Assembly (NCBI GenBank): GCA_001604045.1
Contig: LVAN01000003.1
Span: 63,765 to 127,764, forward strand
Length of the DNA: 64,000 bases
Direction: 5' to 3'
Source: Clostridiales bacterium Firm_08
Lineage (GTDB): Bacteria; Bacillota; Clostridia; Oscillospirales; QAKW01
Below are positions 1-5,778 of this stretch, one piece after another (position 1 is the stretch's first letter; every line of letters starts with the position of its first letter). The translations under genes were made by a program, and so were the position numbers. Under the pieces are notes generated by a model that was given only the letters and a program-made list of their open reading frames with translations, had not been told where the DNA came from and searched no databases.

Positions 1-180
1 GACGCTTTTTTCGGTGCGTACTCTGTCCAGCCCCATCGTTTCAAATTCGAGGTACGCCATCGTGCCGGTGGCGTCCTGCGTCAGCGTCTGGTCAATGCGG
101 AGAGCGATCTCCTCGCCCGCCTTCATCTCACCGCTGACGAGATGTTCTTTGATGATCTTTTGCGCGATCGTAAGTCCCAT
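1..180 (-). CDS. aconitate hydratase, N-terminal fragment (runs off window start)
   Basis: Reverse-strand ATG at 180-178. My translation MGLTIAQKIIKEHLVSGEMKAGEEIALRIDQTLTQDATGTMAYLEFETMGL carries the IDQTLTQDATG N-terminal motif of aconitase-family proteins. Absent from the ORF track because it is open-ended. Confidence 0.75.
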   Translation of the reverse strand, partial: MGLTIAQKIIKEHLVSGEMKAGEEIALRIDQTLTQDATGTMAYLEFETMGLDRVRTEKSV

Positions 181-184
181 ACTA

Positions 185-826
185 TTACTCCTTTTCCAGT
201 ATATGTTTCTTCGCGTTTTGAATATGCCGCACCATCAGCGCCTCGGCGCCTGCCGCGTCGTGAGCGGCGATGGCGTCGATGATGGCGCGATGCTCCGCCG
301 CGGCGAGCGCCGCGCGGGCGTCGTCGGTGACGCTTTCCTTGCGGTATCTTTGGAGCTTGCGGTGGAGAGAGGACAGGGTGTCCCGCAAAATGCGGCTGCC
401 GCAGTTTTCATAGATCGCCTCGTGCAGCGCCGAGTCGATGTTGCGGATGCCTGCCGCGTTTTTCTTTTGGGTGTAGAACTCCTGCAGTTCCACCGTCTCC
501 CGCAATGCCGCGATCTGCCCGTCGGTCATATGTCCGGCGGCGCGGGCGGCGCAAAGTCCCTCGATCCGCTCCCGGATCTCATAGATATCGCCGAGATCCT
601 CTTTGCTGATGCCGACGACGATCATCCCTTTGCCGCTCTCCCGCAGCAGACCTTCCTGCTCGAGCCGCCGCACCGCCTCCCGCACCGGCGTGCGGCTGAC
701 GCCGAGGGACTCGCTCAGTCCGATCTCGGTCAGCAGCGTGCCCGGGGCGTATTCCTCGCTGAGAATGTTTTGTTCCAGCGTTTCGAACACCCGGTCGGCG
801 AGGGAAACGCTTCCTTTTTCTTTCAT
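185..826 (-). CDS. GntR/FadR-family transcriptional regulator (wHTH + FCD-like C-terminal domain)
   Basis: 213-aa ORF. The segment LSESLGVSRTPVREAVRRLEQEGLL is the classic GntR wHTH signature, and the C-terminal half is helical. A 4-nt overlap with the upstream gene suggests an operon. Confidence 0.85.
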   Translation of the reverse strand: MKEKGSVSLADRVFETLEQNILSEEYAPGTLLTEIGLSESLGVSRTPVREAVRRLEQEGLLRESGKGMIVVGISKEDLGDIYEIRERIEGLCAARAAGHMTDGQIAALRETVELQEFYTQKKNAAGIRNIDSALHEAIYENCGSRILRDTLSSLHRKLQRYRKESVTDDARAALAAAEHRAIIDAIAAHDAAGAEALMVRHIQNAKKHILEKE

Positions 827-2199
827 CGTTTTTGTGAGACGAGTTTGCCGCCCGTCAACTCCCCGATCTTTTCTTCCAGTTCCGCGGTGGACAGCATCGT
901 TTGCCGTCCGTCCTCGTATTCCTCATCCACCCACGCTTTGAGGGAAAGGATGAGGGGATCTTTTTTATCAAACGGGACATCCGGCGCGTAGTGCTGATTG
1001 ACCCAGTAGGCGATGCCCGCCAGCCCGCTCGACTTTCCGATCAGGACGCTGGGCGCGCGGTCAAGGATGGTCTCGGTGTCGAAAATGTTGTAGATCTCGT
1101 CGTCCTTGAGCAGGCCGTCCGCGTGGATGCCCGCGCGGGTGACGTTGAACGCCTCGCCGACAAACGGCGTCGCGGGCGGGATGTCGTAGCCGATGTCCCG
1201 GCGGAAAAAGTCCGCGATCTCGCTGATGACCGTCGGATCCATACCGTTCAGCGTTCCTTTGAGGGAGGCGTACTCGAACACCATCGCCTCCAGCGGGATG
1301 TTGCCGGTGCGCTCCCCGATGCCGAGCAGTGAGCAGTTGACGGCGCCCGCGCCGTACAGCCACGCCGCCCCGGCGTTGGAGACCGCTTTGTAAAAGTCGT
1401 TGTGGCCGTGCCACTCCAGCATATCGCTCGGCACGTCCGCGTAGTGCCGCAGACCGTAGATGATGCCCGGCACGCTGCGGGGCAGAGCGACCTCAGTATA
1501 AGGTACGCCGTAGCCCATCGTATCGCAGGCGCGGATCTTGACGGGGATGCCCGCCTGACGGCTCATCTCGCTCACCTCGTTGACGAAGGGAACGACAAAT
1601 CCGTAAAAGTCCGCCCGCGTGATGTCCTCCAGGTGACAGCGGGGGATGACGCCCTCCTCGAACGCCATCGCGATGGTGTCAAGATACTGTTTCATCGCCT
1701 CGGAACGGGTCATTTTCAGTTTTTTGAAAATATGGTAGTCCGACGCGGATACGAGGATGCCCGTCTCCTTGATGCCGAGATCCCGCACCAGTTCGAAATC
1801 CTGCTTCCTCGCGCGGATCCAGGTGGTGATCTCAGGGAATTTCAGCCCCAGCGCCATACATTTTTCAAGCGCCTCGCGGTCTTTGTGGCTGTATACGAAA
1901 AACTCAGTTTGACGGATGATGCCGTTCGGACCGCCGAGCCGGCTGAGCATCTTGAAGATCTGAACGATCTGATCCACCGTGTATGGCTCCACCGACTGCT
2001 GACCGTCCCTAAGGGAGGTGTCGGTGATATAGACGTTTTCCGGCATATCGATGGGCACCCGCCGGTGGTTGAAGGGGACCTTCGGGATCTCGGTGTACGG
2101 GTATACGTCCCGGTACAGGTTCGGCTCCGCCACGTCCTGCAAACTGTATTTGTAGGACCGCTGTTCCAGCAGATGCGTTTGATTTGAAATTTCCAGCAT
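823..2199 (-). CDS. Re-citrate synthase-like enzyme (isopropylmalate/homocitrate synthase family, DRE-TIM fold)
   Basis: The ORF track gives 823..2256. I prefer ATG 2199 (MLEISNQ) because AAAGGAG lies 9 nt upstream. TDTSLRDGQQ and EWHGHNDF are family motifs, and the gene is co-oriented with the aconitase. Confidence 0.7.
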   Translation of the reverse strand: MLEISNQTHLLEQRSYKYSLQDVAEPNLYRDVYPYTEIPKVPFNHRRVPIDMPENVYITDTSLRDGQQSVEPYTVDQIVQIFKMLSRLGGPNGIIRQTEFFVYSHKDREALEKCMALGLKFPEITTWIRARKQDFELVRDLGIKETGILVSASDYHIFKKLKMTRSEAMKQYLDTIAMAFEEGVIPRCHLEDITRADFYGFVVPFVNEVSEMSRQAGIPVKIRACDTMGYGVPYTEVALPRSVPGIIYGLRHYADVPSDMLEWHGHNDFYKAVSNAGAAWLYGAGAVNCSLLGIGERTGNIPLEAMVFEYASLKGTLNGMDPTVISEIADFFRRDIGYDIPPATPFVGEAFNVTRAGIHADGLLKDDEIYNIFDTETILDRAPSVLIGKSSGLAGIAYWVNQHYAPDVPFDKKDPLILSLKAWVDEEYEDGRQTMLSTAELEEKIGELTGGKLVSQKR

Positions 2200-2239
2200 T
2201 TGTGTTCGCTCCTTTGCGGGACGTTTCATCCCGCCGTAT

Positions 2240-2263
2240 TGTATAATTGTATACAATTATACA
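2240..2263. promoter_or_regulatory. perfect 24-bp palindrome TGTATAATTGTA|TACAATTATACA, candidate GntR-type operator
   Basis: Read directly from the sequence. It overlaps the -10 and +1 region of the minus-strand promoter of the citrate-synthase operon. The TGTATACA core fits the GT-N-AC palindromes used by GntR-family proteins. Confidence 0.5.
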
Positions 2264-2284
2264 TTGAAACGGGACATCTGTCAA
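2256..2284 (-). promoter_or_regulatory. sigma-A type promoter for citrate synthase-GntR-aconitase operon
   Basis: On the minus strand, TTGACA (2284-2279), 17 nt, TATAAT (2261-2256). About 55 nt upstream of ATG 2199. Confidence 0.6.
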
Positions 2285-2363
2285 GTTTTTTTCAAAAACG
2301 TATTTACTTTTCAGGCGGGATAATGTATTCTGTTAATAGAATATTTTATAGGAGGGAACTGTT

Positions 2364-2804
2364 ATGAAAATTTGTCCGAATTGCGGCGCGCAGCTTGAGG
2401 ATCAGGCGGCGTTCTGCGTACAGTGCGGCGCGGCGTTCGCGCCGGCGCCCGCGGCGCCCGTCTATGACCACACCGCGGAATTTAATGCGGAGGATATTTC
2501 CGCCAACAAGATCTACGCGATGCTGGTCTACCTCACCGGCGCCATCGGCATCATCATCGCGCTGCTCGCGGCGAAGGAGTCGAAATACGTGATGTTCCAC
2601 GTCAGGCAGGCGATGAAACTGCTTGTGTGCGAGGTGATCGCCGTGCTGGCGACCGCCGTTCTGTTCTGGACCTGCATTATGATGATCGCCGGTCCCGTGG
2701 CGATCACGATCCTCGCGGTGCTGGAGATCATCGCGTTCTTCCAGGTCTGCGGCGGCAAGGCGAAAGAACCCGCCATCATCAGAAGCCTGAATTTCCTTAA
2801 GTAA
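2364..2804 (+). CDS. zinc-ribbon domain membrane protein (DUF4870-like)
   Basis: N-terminal CPNCG..x..CVQCG zinc ribbon followed by 3 hydrophobic helices. GGAGGG Shine-Dalgarno upstream. Confidence 0.65.
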   Translation: MKICPNCGAQLEDQAAFCVQCGAAFAPAPAAPVYDHTAEFNAEDISANKIYAMLVYLTGAIGIIIALLAAKESKYVMFHVRQAMKLLVCEVIAVLATAVLFWTCIMMIAGPVAITILAVLEIIAFFQVCGGKAKEPAIIRSLNFLK

Positions 2805-2819
2805 AACAAAAACGAAAAA

Positions 2820-2853
2820 CAGGGATCCCGCCTGACGACGGGATCCCTGTTTT
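2820..2853 (+). terminator. rho-independent terminator
   Basis: CAGGGATCCCG-n8-CGGGATCCCTG followed by TTTT. Confidence 0.8.
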
Positions 2854-2857
2854 CGGG

Positions 2858-2886
2858 TTGACAAAATATCCGCGTCCTGTTAAAAT
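2858..2886 (+). promoter_or_regulatory. sigma-A type promoter upstream of tRNA-Pro
   Basis: TTGACA (2858-2863), 17 nt, TAAAAT (2881-2886). This leaves a roughly 90-nt leader before the tRNA. Confidence 0.55.
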
Positions 2887-2979
2887 ATATGACAAGCCCG
2901 CCGAGGACAACAAGCCGAAAAGCGACGGTTTTTACCGTTTATCAGGCGTTTTGTTCTTATCGCGGGTCAGCCGGATTTT

Positions 2980-3055
2980 CCGGGTGTAGCTCAGATGGTA
3001 GAGCGCGTGGTTTGGGACCACGAGGCCGCTGGTTCGAAACCAGTCACTCGGACCA
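2980..3055 (+). tRNA. tRNA-Pro (anticodon UGG), CCA encoded
   Basis: Manual cloverleaf. Acceptor CCGGGTG/CACTCGG, D arm GCTC-AGATGGTA-GAGC, anticodon arm CGTGG-TTTGGGA-CCACG, T arm GCTGG-TTCGAAA-CCAGT, discriminator A plus CCA. Confidence 0.9.
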
Positions 3056-3057
3056 AA

Positions 3058-3093
3058 ATATGGACCATCCCCCTCGGGGATGGTCCATATTTT
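3058..3093 (+). terminator. rho-independent terminator after tRNA-Pro
   Basis: ATATGGACCATCCCC-ctc-GGGGATGGTCCATAT followed by TTT. Confidence 0.8.
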
Positions 3094-3110
3094 CATCTCA
3101 GTCACGCAAA

Positions 3111-3128
3111 CGAACCAGCGGCCTCGTG
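3111..3128. repeat. 18-nt inverted copy of an internal tRNA-Pro segment
   Basis: CGAACCAGCGGCCTCGTG is the exact reverse complement of 3019-3036 (CACGAGGCCGCTGGTTCG) inside the tRNA. Confidence 0.85.
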
Positions 3129-3139
3129 ATTGCCATCCC

Positions 3140-3316
3140 GGGTAAATGCCGGATCATTAGATCACGCCGATTGCGCAGAAGATTTTTTTGAAAAATTGTC
3201 CAAAAACCGGAGCATATACTTTTGTGTATTTGCGAGGATTTTTGGACGATTTGACGGGAAATCGGCAAGCAACGCGGCGTGATAAGCCGTAGGCGATAAT
3301 GATCCGGCGTTTACCC
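3140..3316. repeat. 177-nt extended imperfect hairpin / long inverted repeat (structured RNA or MITE-like element)
   Basis: Arms GGGTAAATGCCGGATCATTA (3140-3159) and TAATGATCCGGCGTTTACCC (3297-3316) match 19/20. Inner pairings are ATCACGCCG (3161-3169)/CGGCGTGAT (3275-3283) and TGTCCAAAAA (3197-3206)/TTTTTGGAC (3239-3247), pairing 9 of 10, plus an apical GCATATAC/GTATTTGC stem. The central region 3175-3195 versus 3250-3268 is poorly paired. Confidence 0.6.
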
Positions 3317-3385
3317 AAATGGTTGCCGCGAGGCGGCGAGCGAGCGGGGGCATCCTGCCGGACGGCAGTGCCGCAAGGCGGCGCT

Positions 3386-3419
3386 GCCGCTGGTTCGAAA
3401 CCAGTCACTCGGACCAAAA
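3386..3419 (+). repeat. 34-bp perfect direct repeat of the tRNA-Pro 3' end (T arm + 3' acceptor + CCA + AAA)
   Basis: GCCGCTGGTTCGAAACCAGTCACTCGGACCAAAA is identical to 3025-3058. No 5' acceptor, D arm or anticodon arm lies upstream, so it is not a functional tRNA. Confidence 0.9.
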
Positions 3420-3420
3420 A

Positions 3421-3448
3421 ATCCGCCGACGCAGTCGACGGATTTTTT
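3421..3448 (+). terminator. terminator-like hairpin following the tRNA 3' remnant
   Basis: ATCCGCCGAC-gca-GTCGACGGAT followed by TTTTTT. Near-identical to the terminator after tRNA-Gln (55365-55393). Confidence 0.6.
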
Positions 3449-3454
3449 ATCCAA

Positions 3455-3689
3455 GCCGCCGAAGGCGGGTTGGTATGTAATCTCGCCGCAGGCGAGTATG
3501 GTATCACGGCGCCAGCCGTGTATGGCATCACCGCGCAAAGCGCGGTGTATGTTTACCTCGGCGGCTTGATGACATACAGCTCTGACGAGCTGATGACATA
3601 CCGACTTCGTCGGATTCCATACAACGGCTTTGCCGTTGATGAGGTATATTATACTGTAAGGCATAATATAACTGCCGCCAAGGGCGGCA
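3455..3689. repeat. array of short GC-rich hairpins with 3-5 nt loops (REP-like)
   Basis: The hairpins are:
- CCGCC-gaa-GGCGG
- CTCGCC-gca-GGCGAG
- CACGGC-gcca-GCCGTG
- CACCGCG-caaag-CGCGGTG
- CAGCTC-tgac-GAGCTG
- CCGAC-ttc-GTCGG
- CAACGG-ctttg-CCGTTG
- TGCCGCC-aag-GGCGGCA
They are separated by AT-rich linkers such as TATGG and GATGACATA. Confidence 0.6.
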
Positions 3690-3772
3690 ATATCACCCTT
3701 GGGCTTATTCCGTCAGTCGATCACACGCAAAGGGCGTCAGCGATATATCATTTTCCCCGCTTTATGGACCCC

Positions 3773-3811
3773 AACCAAAAAACACAGACCGCTCTCTATG
3801 GAACGGTCTGT
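3773..3811 (-). terminator. rho-independent terminator of M23 peptidase gene
   Basis: On the minus strand, ACAGACCG-n12-CGGTCTGT followed by GTTTTTTGG. Confidence 0.75.
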
Positions 3812-3865
3812 ATTTTTATCTTTTAGTCAGCGTATGTCCCCGCGGGACGGGAAAAGGCTCTGTTA

Positions 3866-5671
3866 TCATACGGAAATGTAATTGAGCGGATTATAGGCGG
3901 TGCCGTTATAGCGCACTTCAAAATGCAGGTGCGGACCGGTGGAGTTGCCGGTGGAACCGGCGCGGCCGATCTGTTGACCGGAGGAGACTCTGTCGCCCAC
4001 GCTGACAAAGCGGGAGGACAGGTGCCCGTAATAAGTGCTGTATCCGTTGCCGTGGTTGATGCGGATCAGGTTGCCGTATCCGCCCGCCCAGCCGGAGAAT
4101 TCCACGGTGCCGCCGTCAGCGGCGTATACCGCCGCGCCCAGCGTGCCCCCGCGCAGGCAGAGGTCGACGCCGCTATGTCCGCGGTATCCCATAAAACCGC
4201 AGGAGAGATAACATCCGGGGAGAGGGTTGCGGAAACTGCCGCTCGGCACGCCGCTGCCCTGCGTGAAGTTATAGGAGGAAGATCCCGATGAGGAAGATCC
4301 GGAGGAGTAAGAGTAGGTGCGTTTTTTCTTGCTGCCGACCAGGATGACCTTGTCGACGGGTTTTTTGGTGACCTCGGTGTTCACAACGCGCTTGCCGGAG
4401 CGCACGCCGTCGATATAGGTGATCTCCGCCGTGACGATCTGACTGCCCTTGACGCCCTCGGTCTTGATCTTGGTCGTGCCGGTGTACATCGAGCTGTCCG
4501 CCACGCGCTTGACGCTGAACGGCACGCTCTCGGTATAGGTGACGGTCTCGATGGTCTTGACGCGCAGATAGATATCCGGCGCCGCGATGTTGATCCGTCT
4601 GCCTTCGTAGATCTCGGTCTCCTTGACGTCGGGATTGAGCGCTTTGAGTTGTTCGTGGGTCATCCCGAATTTTTTGGCGATGGTGGAGAGATAGTCTCCT
4701 TCCTGACAGGTGTAGTAGGCGGGTTTGTCGGAGTTCGTCTCAAACATCGCGTGAAGTTCTTCCTCGGTCTTGAGATCGTCCGCGGCGAACATTCCCTTTT
4801 TGATCTGCACGTCCTCGACAAATTCCGCGCGATCACCGTGTCCGGTGTTCTCATACGGTTTTTTGATATCATCCAGTACCTTTTGGATGGTGTCTTTGTT
4901 TTCGGCGGCGGCTTTCAGCGTGCCGTCAACGTATAGTCCATAGTTGGTGCCGACCAGTTCGCTGACCGCGAAATACACGTCGGTGTAAAGATTGTCCTCG
5001 TCCTGCAGCTCGGATTTGCGCACGAGGCTGAGAGAGTATTTGGTGGTCGTCGTCAGAGCGTATGCCTCGCTGTCAAGATTGAGCGCCGTCGTTTCGGCGT
5101 TCGCCTCGACAATGGGATCCTCGGCAAGATCCTCTTCTTTTTCCGCTTCCGCGGCGTCGGAGACCGTTTCCTCCTCCTCGGACGTCGTGCCGGCGTTGAG
5201 CTGGGACTGGATCTGGGATTCCACCTTGCTGAGGATGGCGTGATACTCGTTTTCATCCTTCACATATCCGACGACGCTGCCGTTGATGGTGACCTGCAGC
5301 GCCACCGAAAAGAAATTGGAAAAAACCATCACGCTGATGATGCAGACCGCGCCGATGGCGGGCGCCCACCAGGAGAAGTTGCCCACAAAACTGCCGGCGA
5401 TCCATGTGACGGCGCGCAAAAAGCCCCGCCAGATCGCCCGAAAGGCGCGCAACACCCACTCTCCGATGTTGCAGACGGTGCGGAAAATGCCCGCGGTGAG
5501 AAGTTTTTTGATCAGCCGGTACACACGCAGCGCAAGCCGCTCGATGTGATACCCCACGCCGTAGATCAAAACGGCGACGATCTTTATAAACATGATCAGC
5601 GTATAGACAAAACGGTTGGTGGATGCGATCCTGTTCAGTTTGTTCTCTTTTCTCAGTTGCGTATTGCTCAA
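3866..5671 (-). CDS. M23-family metallopeptidase with LysM and G5 domains (cell-wall hydrolase)
   Basis: 601-aa ORF with a TTG start and AAAGGAG upstream. LysM-like YTCQEGDYLSTIAKKFGMTHEQLKALNP. G5-like block TKIKTEGVKGSQ..VILVGSKKK. M23 motifs GHSGVDL and GPHLHFEV. Confidence 0.85.
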   Translation of the reverse strand: MSNTQLRKENKLNRIASTNRFVYTLIMFIKIVAVLIYGVGYHIERLALRVYRLIKKLLTAGIFRTVCNIGEWVLRAFRAIWRGFLRAVTWIAGSFVGNFSWWAPAIGAVCIISVMVFSNFFSVALQVTINGSVVGYVKDENEYHAILSKVESQIQSQLNAGTTSEEEETVSDAAEAEKEEDLAEDPIVEANAETTALNLDSEAYALTTTTKYSLSLVRKSELQDEDNLYTDVYFAVSELVGTNYGLYVDGTLKAAAENKDTIQKVLDDIKKPYENTGHGDRAEFVEDVQIKKGMFAADDLKTEEELHAMFETNSDKPAYYTCQEGDYLSTIAKKFGMTHEQLKALNPDVKETEIYEGRRINIAAPDIYLRVKTIETVTYTESVPFSVKRVADSSMYTGTTKIKTEGVKGSQIVTAEITYIDGVRSGKRVVNTEVTKKPVDKVILVGSKKKRTYSYSSGSSSSGSSSYNFTQGSGVPSGSFRNPLPGCYLSCGFMGYRGHSGVDLCLRGGTLGAAVYAADGGTVEFSGWAGGYGNLIRINHGNGYSTYYGHLSSRFVSVGDRVSSGQQIGRAGSTGNSTGPHLHFEVRYNGTAYNPLNYISV

Positions 5672-5778
5672 AACGAGATACGGCTCCTTTCCAAAGATTA
5701 CAAATTGGTAACAACACCTTTACAGTTTACTCCCTCTGTGCCGAAAAATCAAGTCTTTTCTATAAAGTTTACAATTTA

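Noticed and set aside
2199-2256. 19-codon N-terminal extension of the citrate-synthase-like ORF.
   Set aside because: The extension would start inside the promoter and operator palindrome. ATG 2199 has a well-spaced AAAGGAG.
2887-2979. Possible sRNA or riboswitch in the ~90-nt leader between the predicted promoter and tRNA-Pro.
   Set aside because: Only a weak 5-bp hairpin (ACGGT-tttt-ACCGT) is present and no recognisable motif. It is most simply a processed tRNA leader, or the true promoter lies elsewhere.
3386-3419. Possible second tRNA gene.
   Set aside because: Only the T arm, 3' acceptor strand and CCA are present. No complementary 5' acceptor strand, D arm or anticodon arm lies upstream.
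3353-3689. Possible CRISPR array.
   Set aside because: There is no constant 25-40-nt repeat alternating with unique spacers. The palindromes vary while the short linkers recur, unit lengths are irregular, and there are no cas genes.
3299-3826. 175-aa plus-strand ORF and overlapping minus-strand ORFs (3157..3531, 3311..3664) in the tRNA-Pro downstream region.
   Set aside because: They run straight through the tRNA remnant, a terminator and the palindromic hairpin array. They have no SD, and the peptide repeats (YGITA..) simply mirror the DNA repeats.
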